Made by a program: the position numbers and the translations under genes | Part shown: positions 34,459 through 47,983 of the stretch, piece after piece | Numbering within the stretch: position 1 is the stretch's first letter | Layout: each line of letters opens with the position of its first letter | The notes under the pieces: generated by a model | What the model was told of the DNA's origin: nothing | Seen by the model: only the letters and a program-made list of their open reading frames with translations | The model's database searches: none | Source: Azolla caroliniana | Lineage: Eukaryota; Plantae; Polypodiophyta | DNA length: 64,000 nt | Direction: 5' to 3' | NCBI GenBank assembly: GCA_043228905.1 | Contig: JBHGNT010000004.1 | Location: 22,506,001 to 22,570,000 of the forward strand

Positions 34459-37400
34459 CAACTCCATCCACAGATCCATTCCTAGGGTTACGCATCCCTC
34501 CTCAGCTCGACGGCTATGGCCCTGCAGCCGCCGCCGAAGCTCCCTTCTTCGTCATCATTGGAGGGAGGCAGAGGAGGCGGAGGATCTCTAGTTCCCGAAT
34601 CTTGGCCATTTCATCACCGCCATCATCATCATCATCATCATCATCTTCTGCTCGGACTCTCCTTCGACGCCGTGGTAGCCCTGCCATAGATGTTCCTTCT
34701 ATTGATCCCAAGTCCAGCACTGCCATGGACGAGCTTGACCTCGAGCGTGGTGTCTGTATACCTTTCCGAAAGTACACACCGGAAGGAGTAAGTTCCTTTC
34801 GTCTTTTACTACTTGTAACTCCACTCTACCCGCTCTCTGTTTTCGTTCTCTTCCGACATGTATTGTTCTGCTAAATAATTTCCAGCTACACCCACATGTA
34901 CAGAAAAGAGTGTAAATTAGAGGGAGTCTTACGACTGGGTAATCACTACCATTAAAAATGGTCTCTTTTGTACAGGTCCGGAAGAGAGTTGTAGATTCTC
35001 CTGATTCGTTTTTCTCGGTCATCTCACGGGGGGCAGAGATTCTTTTCAAATTGGGATACTACTGGGGTAGCCTCTCCTACGATTGTCTCATTGGCAAGGG
35101 CGAAGAGATGGTGGCATACAGAGCGGAACAGTTGAGGAATCTGCTCTGTGATCTAGGACCCTCTTTCATTAAGGCTGGTCAGGTAGTCATTTCTTAGTGA
35201 GGCTTCATCTGGAAGTTGTGTACATATTTTGCGGCGTTGTTACCGATTTATTTTTTAATGCAGGTTCTGGCAAACAGGCCGGATATTATTCGTCAGGATT
35301 ATATGAATGAGCTTTGCATATTGCAGGATGATGTTCCAGCATTCCCAAACAAGGTGTGATCAAGTAGTTCCATTGTTTAAAATTCATGTTGATATAATGA
35401 GAGGATTTGATGCATATTGCCTCATATACGTTGTTGTATCTATTTAGATTGCATTTGACATCATAGAGGAGCAGTTGAATGCACCTCTTGAACAAGTATT
35501 CAGTAAGATATCAGCAGAAACGGTTGCTGCTGCGAGTTTGGGGCAGGTGTACAAGGCCACTCTCCGCAGCACAGGAAGTGAGGTTGCTATTAAGGTATTG
35601 CCTTTCCTCAAGATTCATTAGGGAGAACCCCTGAATTGATTTTTCACAGTTGTCTACATCTGAACTAGATGATATGTTCATTGTGCTCTCTGTAATTTTT
35701 ATTTTGTAGTAAATTCATTCGCTATTGGATAAAATAATTGTTTGGCAACTTGCAAGATTCCGTTATTTTTCTGAAACATAAATAATAGGCATAGTTTATG
35801 CCAATTGTGATCCTGATCATATGATCTCGATTGACAAAGCAGTTTTAATGTCTCCCATACATGAGAACTGTTTGCATCACGCGAGAGTCGAGACCATTTC
35901 CATTTTGGAGCTCTAGTATGGCACATGATTCATGTTCTTCAAGTTTCTTTTTCAAATATAAATAAAGTTCAAAACAATGGGGTCAGTGGACAAGTGGGCT
36001 GATATTTGTTTTTTAGGAGGCGGCACTTGGCAATATGAGAAAAATTGGCATGAAAAAACCTCTTTTTATGTAGAACTTGAAACTCAGTTTTAGATCTTAT
36101 GGAGAGTCAGTTTAGAGTGCTGGAATCAGCAGGAGTAGCTGATTTGATTTCTTTTCTATTATGCATAGTGGAGAGCCATGAAATTGCTATGTATGGGTTT
36201 TAGTTGCTGAAACAGGCTTTAACAACTGGTTCTGTTTTGAGAGTTTGGACTCAATCTTATCGTGTGTCCCTCTATTAATTAGCAATAAAAAGAAATACCA
36301 ATAGGGGTGCCAATATTTGCGAATAGGTTTCAGCTTCTCTGTGTAGGAGTAATCTAGCTCCGTGGATGTGAAGTTAAGGCTTAGTCAGTCTTAAAGCTTA
36401 AGGATATTTTTCATCGTTTACATGAGGTGTGTGTGGTTAGGAAACTCAACTAAATTGGTGGTTCACTGAGTATTACAGTCCTTTGGAAGTTTTACATGTT
36501 TAAGGGCCATACGACTTAAACACAAATTCTCTCACATGGGATGATTTAGTGTCGATAGCATCAATCACATTGCCATTATATGGTGTTTTGTCAAAAGAGG
36601 CATGAAGTCAAGATATTATTGAATGATGATGTTGCAAACCACTCATGAAATGTTGCCTTTATTATTTACTTCCTGTTGTATGCCTTGTATATGGTAATAA
36701 AAATTTTACCTAAGAAAAATATTCTTCATTCTGACTTCCACTTTCTTTGAATGCATCATTCCGTTTTTGGGTTCTGTCGTTGAAGACTAATATGTGTTTA
36801 TTAAAGTGGAGAATACTGTTCTTCTGATGTAGTCATAAAACTTCCCTTATCATGCCTTGGATTTTTAACAGGTTCAGCGACCAGGAATAGAGCCCATCAT
36901 ATACAGGGATTTATTTCTTTTCAGGACATTGGCGTCCTTCCTAAATGGTGTGAGTCTGAAGAAGCTTGGTTGCAATGCAGAGCTTATTGTAGATGAATTT
37001 GGTGAAAAGCTTCTTGAAGAGCTTGATTACACACTTGTGAGTTGCGATTAGCCATCTCGGTGTACATGATGCAGTCTGCGTCAAAACTTTCTTTTGAGGA
37101 GAAGAATCCTCTCAAGAAAATTTAATTTCGGTTGGTCTTTTGATGTGACATGTTTTTAATGCAGGTGCTGGTGGTTTTTGGTTCTACTGTGTAGGAAGCT
37201 CGCAATATCAAAGATTTCTTGGAAAATTTTAAGAACGACCGAACAGTAAAAATACCAGAAGTGTATCAAGATCTATGTGGACCGAAAGTTCTTGTAATGG
37301 AATGGATAGATGGAATACGTTGCACTGATCCACAGGTTTGCTATCAATCAATCAATCTATATTCTTTTTAATATTGAAAAACGGTTAATGTGGTCACCAT

Positions 37401-40400
37401 ATCGATCAAGCCTGAAATCCCATGTTATGAAAAGCTGTATCTACTAAATGCAGGCTATTAAAGATGCTGGGATAAATGTGCCTGCCTTTATAACGGTGGG
37501 AGTGAGTGCAGCCTTAAGACAATTACTTGAGTTTGGGCTCTTTCATGGTGATCCACATCCAGGGAACATTTTTGCCATGCGAGATGGACGCATTGCATAT
37601 GTGGACTTTGGAAATGTTGCAGTCTTAAGTCAGGTAAGTTCATGGAGTACCAACACTTTTATTCTCTTGCTGTAGCAATAGTTACCATTTGATTTCTCTT
37701 AACCTAGAAGTTACTTTGATGTCTTATCAAAACAGCAAAATAAGCAGATTCTGATCGATGCAGTGGTACATGCGGTTAATGAAGATTATGTGGAGATGGC
37801 AAATGATTTCACAAGGTTGGGATTCCTTGCACCTGGGACAGACTTGACTCCCATTGTACCGGCTTTAGAAGCAATTTGGCAAAACTCTACTGGGAAGGGA
37901 TTGTCTGACTTCAATTTCCGTTCTGTAACTGGTAAAAATCTTGCTCCTTCATTCACATATAGTTTGAGACATGCTTTATGAACTGATGAAATGTGGTTGC
38001 AAGTATCTGATTTTCCACATTCCATCAATTTGATTTTACATCTCGAATGGGAAAAGTTCTTTATGAACTAATTCATAGATGAGAAATGTATATATGAACT
38101 AATTGACTGATTTTTGGTATGCTAAGCCCCAAGATGTTCTCAATCTCAAAATTGAATGTTTTTTTAACGGTTTGTTTTTGAGTGGATCAAGTCAAGTTTT
38201 GGAACCAACCTTGTGAGGATTTCACTAAGTATTTAGAAGTCTCCCATCAATCCACATCCCTGACCTCCTGTTTTTGACTGCCGAGTAATGATGGCAATGA
38301 CAACTAACGTAAGATGACAGCCACCACCACAACTGCCCCAATAATCACTCCTCTCTTCACCCCACCGTTACTTGGTAAGCTAGTGTTAGAAGGGGAGACC
38401 AACAACTTCATCAATAGAGTAATGCCATCGGTGGCATAGCCATTCATGAGAAGCCATGTGGTAAGATTACCCTAAGGAAGCTCCATCATTCACCCTATAT
38501 GATGCAGCAATATAATCACTGGTATCCAAGCAGATTTCTTTGCACCCCTCTATATCATTAGCATTACTTGAGTTCAAGTCATTGTAATTATTATCACTTT
38601 TCTTGTTTTCAGTCATGTAGAATAACCCATAACTAGTACTGGATGAGCCAACTATAGCTAATTACTTTAGAGCTTATGAAACCAGGCATATAGGCCCAAA
38701 TTGCAGCTTACCCAAATATATTTCACATCCAATATATATGATCATGTAAAATCAGAATAGTAAAGCCAATGGAATGAAACAACTATGTCCAAACTGCAAA
38801 TTTAATTCAAACTTACCTCTGCTGGTCTCCATTAAGCCAGGTCGTAAGGAAATCAAGGAAAGGATAAGATGGTGGACCTTTTCCTTTTCAGAAATTTCGG
38901 GAAGTTGTAATTATTGGTACCTCTAAAAGTATATTGACATGATAGAACAAATATTCCACTCACAGCATCTTCCAACCAGAATACTGTACCATAGACAAGG
39001 TGAAGAAAGTCTCCTAAATTCTTTTTATAGACACAAGTCTAGACTCCAGAATCCATGAGTGTTAAAATGATGGTGGGTATTGTAAAATATGCTAATAGAA
39101 ATATGGGAGCCCATTTTATGGTCGGAGAAATCTTTTGTTTCCACAGATGGTTATTGCTTTGAATCTTGGCCTTTGGTTAGATAAAGATTTTGTCTTGGTG
39201 ACATATAAGTATGGCGACCCACATACTTGATCTGCTGGGTATTTTTTGAAACTACGCATTCCGACCAAAATCATGCAAAGAAATAATGCTAATCAGTTTG
39301 ATCCTTGAAGAGTTTATTTATTTGATATGTAGCGTTTTATATGTATTGCTGTGTATCACACTGAGGTCATTGTTGGGTTTTATAGCCAAATTCAACCAGA
39401 TGGTATATCAGTATCCAATAAGAATTCCTGAAAGATTCTCTCTAGTCATACGCTCTCTTCTAACTCAAGAAGGAATATGTCTAACACTTCAGCCAGATTT
39501 TAAGTTTCTGGAGGTAACCAACAGCAGTCTACATGTTTTTTATTTTGGAATCGGGGATCAATGTAAACAATCATTTATTCACTATTGATGGTATAGGTCG
39601 CCTACCCATATGTTGCCAAGCGTTTATTGACTGATCCGGATCCTGCCCTACGTGAGCGTCTAATCCAGGTATGGTCTTTACATTGTAATTTGTGGGGCTA
39701 TTCCATGCTGGAATACTATCCCTGTGCAGATGAGCATATGAATAATCTAGGGTTAAATTTGAAGTTAATTAAAAGGTTGAATCAGCATCTGATACAGTAA
39801 ATGTTTGAATTAATTCAAATGTATGAATGCATGAATGTTTTGACTGTTTTTTATCAGGTTTTATTCAAAGATGGGTTATTCCAATGGAAGCGACTTGAGA
39901 ACTTGATCACGCTTGCAAGGGAGCAAGTCGAGATGATGACTCCACTACAAGCAAGGAGTGGGTAAGATATCTTTATATGATTTTGTTTCTTTCTTCTAAT
40001 CCTTCATTGGAGGTTTTACAATACAAGGTCAAATTTGCAGGCGTGATGTGATAAGATCTTCAAATTCGAGTGTTGCAAAATTGGATCTCACAGATACAAT
40101 AAAGGATGGTGCCAAGGTTGTACTCACAGATGCTGCGATAAGACGACAACTCATATTGGCATTTACTGAGGATTCGAGATTACACGTCCGTGAGGTCAGT
40201 AACTGCATGGTACTTAAATAATTGAATGAACGTTGTATAACCACTTAATTTCCTGTCCTTGATGATTGAGTCACACTACCAGTAACACCGTCGGATCTGG
40301 TCTGACCACATTAGGGGTGGTTTGCACACCTATTCTACTTTTTAATTGGAAGATATTTCTCCTGTGGTTGTATATTTTGGTTTGGGAAATTAACAAGATC

Positions 40401-40800
40401 ACAAATGGACCTGAATTGGGATTTTATTATTAAATGTGTTAACGATGCTCTTAATGTCCTCAGCTCATGGATATTTATCGACTTGTTGAAGGAGAGTTTA
40501 ATGTGGGAAATCTGGTGCTGGATGTAGTCCAAGGTCTGTTTGTCTCTCTCACACACATTTATATTCTATGTTTGTATATGTGATCATTGCATGCATAGAC
40601 ATTGATACATGCAAACAAATTCTCCATATCATACATTCATAGTATACATGTGTAATGTACTGTATTAAGAAACTCAGATGTACATTTTAATTACTTTAGC
40701 TGGCTAATAATAATAATAATAAAACTGTCCACCAGGAATACCTGCTGCAACCAGGGATGTGATGCTATCCTGGAGTGACTCAATTCTTCTTGATAACTGA
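34455..40800 (+). CDS. ABC1K1: ABC1/UbiB atypical kinase, plastid ABC1K1/PGR6 type; 14 exons
   Basis: Exons 34455-34787, 34976-35182, 35264-35353, 35448-35594, 36872-37036, 37195-37335, 37454-37633, 37736-37931, 39386-39513, 39597-39668, 39858-39961, 40041-40194, 40464-40533, 40736-40800, all GT-AG and in phase. Motifs ERGVCIPFRKY, LGPSFIKAGQ, AAASLGQVY, VAIKVQRP, FHGDPHPGN, DFG. Confidence 0.92.
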
Positions 40801-41791
40801 TCTATATATATATTTCATGCCAAGAATGGATGTAACCGTGAACTCATTACCGCATCACGGTGAATACAGGATGTAATATAAATCATTTCGTTATGACCCA
40901 ACCGATTTGAAATCATCAAGAAGAGTGTATTATAAAGACCACACTTTAGAGAAGAAAGGTACAGGATATTAATCGATATTTGTATGTATAAATGTATTGT
41001 GTTGTAGTCTTCATATTGTGTATAATTATAGTGATTTGATTCATCAAACTATGTCACATAATCGACACTGTTGTAACTTGTAATTTGTCGTTTTTATTTT
41101 ATTTTATGAGTTTCTCTATGAATACATTATTTTATCTTCTCTAGGTTATTTGTGGTTTTAATTTAGAGAAAGTGGGGGTGATTTTTTGTTATTACATTAT
41201 CTTTGCGAGGAAAATATTTTGTTTGAATGGATGGATCACAATTCATGAGTAAATGTGGAATATTCCATTTGAATGTAGATACTAGTAGATGATTATTCTT
41301 GATATAATTTTTCTTGTAATCTCAATATGTAATCATCATTCACACAACCCCCATTTGGCATAATTTTCTAGTTGAATTTATGTATAGAAAACCAAAAGTG
41401 GCCAAACAGTTGGCAAGAAAAAAGGATCCAATTAAAGCAAGGCAATTTGGAGAAAGTAATACAAATGTAGTATTGTGAGTTCTTTGAACTCTTACCTAAG
41501 CTATTGACCAACTATTCACTATAGCACCACCAACAATGAGATGCCCTTTCTTGAACTAGCTCCTCTAGTTTACCATGCTCTTTTGCAATCCTCACAAGAT
41601 CAAAACTAGTCTCACCTTTTTCATTTGTACTTTCAAGTCTCCCAAAGTTTGATTTTTAATACAAGCAGTGAGTTTGTGTATAGTTAATCCCAATACTCTT
41701 ATATGGATTGTCATTTGCATTCTTTACATGATGGCAAATAGCATATGTTACCCACAACCAATCTTATTGGTTATATGAATATGATCAGTAG

Positions 41792-42412
41792 TAGCAATGA
41801 GCCTGATTTCGCCTCAAACCAAACCAAACCGTTAAGCCATGGTTTAAAGGTTTATAAGTTCCAAAATAAGTAAATGGTTTGGTTATAATTATTAATAAAC
41901 GGTTTGGTTTTAATTCAGTTTGGTTCTAAAGCTGGGGTTTATCGGTTTATAGGTTTAAGTGGTTTGGTTTAAAGGTTTTTAGGCTAACTTTTTTTATCTC
42001 GTAAATGTTTATGTAATTTAATGGTTTAATTATGTTTTTTATTTATTTAATTCACTTAACTTAAATGTTTATTTAATCTAATGGCTTAATTAATGTTTAT
42101 TTATTTATTTAAACATAGACATTTATTTTATTTAGTGTATTTTTATTTATTTAATTTTTTAATTAGTTTGGCTTAAATGTGGTTAAGTTTAAACTTTTTA
42201 TTAAATGGCTCGGTTTGGTTTCAACTTTTCCCTAAACGGTTTTGGTTAAAATTGTTTGGTTTACCTTTTCTTAAATGGTTTGGTTTTATGGCTTGAAAGT
42301 TCATAAACGGTTTGGTTTAGTTTTTGTTTATATAAATGGTTTGGTTCAGTTCAGTTTGGTTTTAAGGCCAAGAAACCAAAACCAAACCGAAACCAAACCG
42401 GGCCCATTGCTA
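41792..42412. mobile_element. hAT-like MITE (621 bp), 8-bp TSD ATCAGTAG/ATTAGTAG
   Basis: TIR TAGCAATGAGCC...GGCCCATTGCTA; AT-rich core with AAACC/GGTTT subterminal repeats. Confidence 0.85.
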
Positions 42413-42699
42413 ATTAGTAGCAAGAATAAAATCGCCTCCTTTATTTAGACTCTAGAATAACATATGTAGTTGATATTCTCAGAGACAATTGAAAATAGAG
42501 AGGTTGCAAAGCACTCATGTAGGATGTAGATTTATTTTATAAATAGTTGGCCGAAGGTTCTTCTGCACAAAAAACTTTAACACTTAAACATAAATTGTGA
42601 GACAAATTCAACAAATATAGTTTTACCCATTTGGGATTTGAATATGTTTTTTGAACATTAAACTTCTTTGAATTCATGTTGTGCATGTGCAATCACCAT

Positions 42700-43600
42700 A
42701 TCTAGATAAAAGGTTAGGTGTTAGTGCATCTTGAAACAATGGTGGTGATATGGAGAAGAGGGTTTTGCTTTTGGTTTGGTACTAGGTGAATAACTACCAA
42801 GCCTGATAGTCTTTATTCATCCGAAAGTTTTCTACTCATGACCTTTCATGGTGAACCAACAAAAATGGACAAGATATTTAACTAGCTTATGAATGAGATA
42901 AATGTAAATTTCTAGTCCAACCCCAACATGACATTGGCTAGGTTGGTACGTAGTTTCTTGAGGACGTGAATCTAGTCATGGTTGAGAGTCTTGATTTGAC
43001 TGATTATTTGAACATTTAAATTCATGCTTGACCTTGCCATCAACTTGTTATGCTCACAAACCATGGTATCTTGGTCATCCAACATTTGAAGTTCATCAAC
43101 CATGATAAGATACATAGGTTCCGTTCATTTTTAGGAAGGAGCCCATCTCAAAATCCCTTTAACATCTTTAAAAAGTACAACAATCCTTTCACACTTAAGG
43201 GACAAACACCCTTTGCATGAAGAATGCAAGCAAACTAGAAGAATGATTGACTACTTGTTTTTGTTGCATAAATACAATTTGGCAATAACCCTTGTTAGGT
43301 AAGGATTTTTTCTATTTTTACACGATGTTAACTCTAACCTCTAAGGCCATCCTCTTTGTGAGAGTCACATATAATACTGTATGGTAAAGTGATTGATGGC
43401 CCTATAATTGATTGTTATAATCTTGCGTTGAGCTTTTTTTAACATCCTTCGATGTATTGATCAAACACTAATCATCGATTGACGGACAAATTCAACTTGG
43501 AGCACTAACATTGTACTTGTGCTAAGAAATGGCTCCACTAGTGGCATTAACCTCATAGCACACATAAAATAAAGAAATAAAAGAAAAGAAAAAGAGGACG
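42700..43600 (+). pseudogene. Highly decayed gypsy-like RT/RH remnant
   Basis: Traces such as RSFLG (about 43122) and LKGQTPFA* (about 43195); no intact ORF. Confidence 0.35.
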
Positions 43601-44274
43601 GTTAGACAACCTTTGAAAATGTAAGTTCTAACCAATTCCCCCATCCTACCTAGCCTATTGGCTTAAAGAAGAGAACTCCACCACACCACACATTTATCCC
43701 ATAAAAAAAAAGCAACAAAAAAAGGTATGTATTAGAGGTGCAAAGTGTTGGCCCAAGGGTCACAATCCAAATGTTACAAGGACGGCCATCTTGTCGAATG
43801 TAATAATTATTTTGTGATATTTATGCCTTACATTAGACCTTAGGATTGAATGGCTAAAAAGTGTACATACGAATGTGCTGCACGGAGATGAGGGGGTCTT
43901 CACGTACAAAAAGTAAATATCAACGATGAAAGAAAAGAAAAAGTCGAGGTGTTTGCTCCCCCCTACATGGGGGTTTAGCATTTGACGTAAACGTGAATGA
44001 ATGAATACTCATAGGAAGAACCCTAACCCTAACCTATCCCCCCCCCCCCCCCCAAAACCCAAAAGTCGCCCGGTTTTGGGTTCATGGGTGGGGTGGATAG
44101 AGATATGATGGAGCATCGATGACAGAGAGGTAGATCGGACCAAAGGAGGTGTGGCATGCATGGCGTACTATAGAAATGAAGAAAAGGACAAATCGATGCA
44201 ACATCACAAGAGCTTAGCCTACTTCTTGAGACACAAGAGTGCAACCTATCGACAATCTGGGCGTATAGATATAT

Positions 44275-44585
44275 ACATGCATGCATACAATACATACATA
44301 CATACATACATAAAGCCATACATATATGCATACATAAATCCATAAATCCATACATACATACATACATACATGTATAGCCATATATACATCCATACATACA
44401 TACATACCTACATACATAGAGCCATACATAGAGCCATACATACATACATACATAGAGCCATATATACATACATACCTACGTTCATACATACATACATACA
44501 TACATACATACATACATACATACGTTCATACATACATACATACATACATACATACATACATACATACATACATACACTCATACAT
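44275..44585. repeat. (TACA)n microsatellite upstream of the FAX gene
   Basis: Direct reading. Confidence 0.92.
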
Positions 44586-44745
44586 AACATGAATGAATGA
44601 ATGATATGTGATATGATCATGATATATGGGCGTTTGAAGAAGAAGAAGAAGAAGAAGACAGACATGCAGTGAGAGTAGGGTTTTGAGATACAGAGACAGA
44701 GAGGAGAGGGCCTACACACCCAGCCGCGCAGAGCTCCCCATAGCT

Positions 44746-47700
44746 ATGGCGAGTGCCACCATAGCTCTCTGCGCTGCACCCCCCGTCGCTTCCGATTCCT
44801 CGTCTTCTCCATCTCCACGCCCCCCTGTTTCTTCTAGTCTCAATTTCCATGCGACGAGGCCATCTGCTCCTCGACTCATTTCTGTGCGCACCTGCGGATT
44901 CTCTCCTGCTGCACGTGTCCGTGGCCTTCTTCTCCATCCATTCCCCTCTCGTCGCAGTTTACTGATCTCTACTGCATCGGTATCTCTCTCTCTCCCCATA
45001 TATATATATATATATATGCGCTTCTCTCCCCTTGACCTTTTGGTACTGTTTCTTTGCTTGACTTCTAAAAGATTTCAAAGCATCATGTAGGAATACACCA
45101 AGCATCTATTTTTGCTTGTATTGGAATAACTAATGGAAAGCCTTGCTCCTTGTGCTGAAAACCTGTTTCGAGTAGATTGCCATTGTATGCTTTATATCAG
45201 GCCTCGTCATTGGCCTGAGTCAGAAGTGCACGCTGTTAGATGGTTATCTGATCTATACGTAATCTGTCCATTACTGCAAAGATTAAGTCTTTTAAATAAA
45301 AAAAGTCGAATGATCAATGTCATTTTGTTTCTGTGATTTTCTTGTTTTGTAATTTTATGGGGAATTCTAGCGGCCATAATTTACTTTCCTAATGCATTTC
45401 TGTGGATACATGATCATAGGGAGAGGGCGAAGTAGAAGGAAATGACACAAGGACTACTGATGCTTCAGTTGATAATGAAGGCACCAATGAGCCAAAAACG
45501 AATGAAGAATCACAGACCACTGAGAAGTTTCCAGGGGTGTTACGAGACACTACCGAACAGCTGAAAGAGCAAGCAGAGAAAGCAAGAACAGTTATACTTG
45601 AAACAGCAAAGGAGACAGCAGCAGTGATAGCTGCAACAGCACATGAAACAGCGGAGAAGAGTAAGGGGAATTTTTCGTACATTGCAGAAAATGCACCGGA
45701 GCCTTTCAAGGAAGTCGCTGAAACTGCTCTGAAAGCTCATTCTGCTGATACACCAAAAAGATTTGCTAAAATTCATGACTTCTGCCTTGGCATCCCATAT
45801 GGTAAGAATTCAGAGAAATACCAAAAAATTACCCCTCCTTTTTCACCAATTTATAAGAATATCTCTCTTGTTAGAAATGTTTTGAAAACAGAGGGTTTAT
45901 TCTTGTAAAGATCCAAATATTGAGGGGTAATTTCTGTTCTCTAAGAGAAAAAGCAAAAACTATAATTTGTTTTTTTATGGAAAATAAAAACTATCATCTC
46001 ACACTTTTAGCTATCCAGTAGTTCATTTTCCTATTCAATATTGCCTCAGTCTTCATGACCTATTGTCGAGATAGACTTACGTCAATACTAGTAATTCGGT
46101 TTCTCTTTGCTCTTTATCCAATAGATGAATTCATAGTTCTGGAATGTAGTAATGATAAAGTAACTGCTATTTTTATACTACCGGTGCTAAGCTACTCCTA
46201 ATTTGATTTGTGTGTATGTCCTGAAGAGATGCTATTAATGTCTTGCACCTTCTAAATAAACTTTGCTATAAGAGTTTCTACAAATTGGTCAATGATTCAA
46301 TGCTTGCTTGTAGGTGCTTTGCTTGTGACGAGTGGGTTGCTTTGGTTCATCATATCTGGTAGCACTGCAGCAATTCGCTTTGGTGTTATTTTGGGGGGAA
46401 TTCTTCTAGCATTGAGCATCTCAAGTTTGAAAACCTGGAAGGAAGGAAATTCTTCAAGCTCTTATATTAAGGGACAGGCAGGTAAGGATAATGCTTCATG
46501 AAGAACATTAATATATCTTGTTTCATGTAGCCAGTTTGTATTTTGACATTTATTTGTTGTATTATTTTGTATGCAGTTATATCATTAATTATTGCGGTTA
46601 GGGAAATTCGAAGATTTTACCAGGTATTTTCGTTTTACATCCCTCATCTTCCTTTTGGAAAGGAGAACAAGCACCATGAACATGAATGGTGCTTTTTATG
46701 ACTTGATGATTGTTGTGGATGTTTGCCTAAGGATGGTCTTGTTGCTATTTACGGGCACTCAGCAAATAAACGATATTTCTTTTTTCTTATCTCCTACGTT
46801 TATGTTGCGTGATATGCATAACTTTGCCCATTCTCCTTGTTTCAATAAGTGGTTTCTATGAACTTGATTCCATGCTACTTTTGAGCCTAATTTGGCAATG
46901 AGTTGCAGTATGCTATCTGGAATGTGGAGGTTGTGCATTGTATTTCATAGCAGTCTATATACTGTGTCCTTTTGTAGCAACCATTTATTTCAACGTTTAG
47001 TTTATAATCTTGGGGCTTGTTTGCCTAATGGTTCTCCTTTTCTCCACTAATTGAGAAATTTAACCAATTAATCTCTTTTAAGCTTTAGTTCACATTAAAA
47101 AGCATGATGATCTATGTGATTAAATTACAATAATCTGGCTTTGTGTTATTAATCAGGATTAATTGTTCGGTGCTGCTAGTGGCAATACTGAGCCTTTGTC
47201 AATATAAAGGGCATGTTTCTTACATAATTTCATAGGGGCACTGTCCCTTGACATGCCTGTCTCCCTATTGGAAATTTTACTATTTTCTGTCACTCCTATT
47301 CGTTGGCATTTCTTTTTTGTGAAAGCTGAATAACCCCCACTCCTAGACATCTATGTGTCAACTCATTACTCGCATAAGAAAGCCTGGAATCTGTCTTTCT
47401 ACTCGCTTGTTAAGTTTTTAAGTGATGTGCTATGCTAATATGCGGTTTGGCGTACCATTCCATGGCTAGTTCCCCTGCCTGATCTGCCCTCATAAAGTGC
47501 ATTTTACTCAGAGACTTAAATGTTTTCAATGCCAAGGATTTTTAGTATTGAATTTAACCACCGTTCATGCTTGATTATCTTGGCAATCCTACTTTTTCCG
47601 ATGTCCTCAAAACAACAGATTCAAGCATTGGAATATGCATCTTGTATAAATCAACCTAATCACCCACACCTACCTTATTTCCAACTACCTTATTTTTATA

Positions 47701-47983
47701 TTGTTTATCAAGTCACTCAAAATGTTTATTTATATGTTCTTTGCAGTTCAAAGCTTTGCCAACTGCATTTGTAGCTCTTATCAGGTATGTACAATGGAAA
47801 TGGATTTAAATTGCAATTTAAGAAGAAATTGAGAACATTAAAGTTATAAACAGTTATTTCGAAGATTTGCCATGCTGCCAATTTATTCATCGTATGTCTT
47901 TTTGCAGTACGGGAATGCTTGGATTTTATTGTTACGTCTACCTTGCTGGAGGGAATCCGCCAAAGAAAGCAAAGGCAGCATAA
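44746..47983 (+). CDS. FAX: Plastid fatty acid export protein (FAX / Tmemb_14 family); 6 exons
   Basis: Exons 44746-44979, 45420-45801, 46314-46481, 46577-46623, 47747-47784, 47908-47983, in phase. Ser/Pro-rich transit peptide, AKIHDFCLGIPYG, GSTAAIRFGVILGG, C-terminal GGNPPKK. Paralogue not resolved. Confidence 0.88.

Noticed and set aside
44029-44719. Tyr/Val/Cys/Met-rich ORFs
   Set aside because: (TACA)n microsatellite artefacts.
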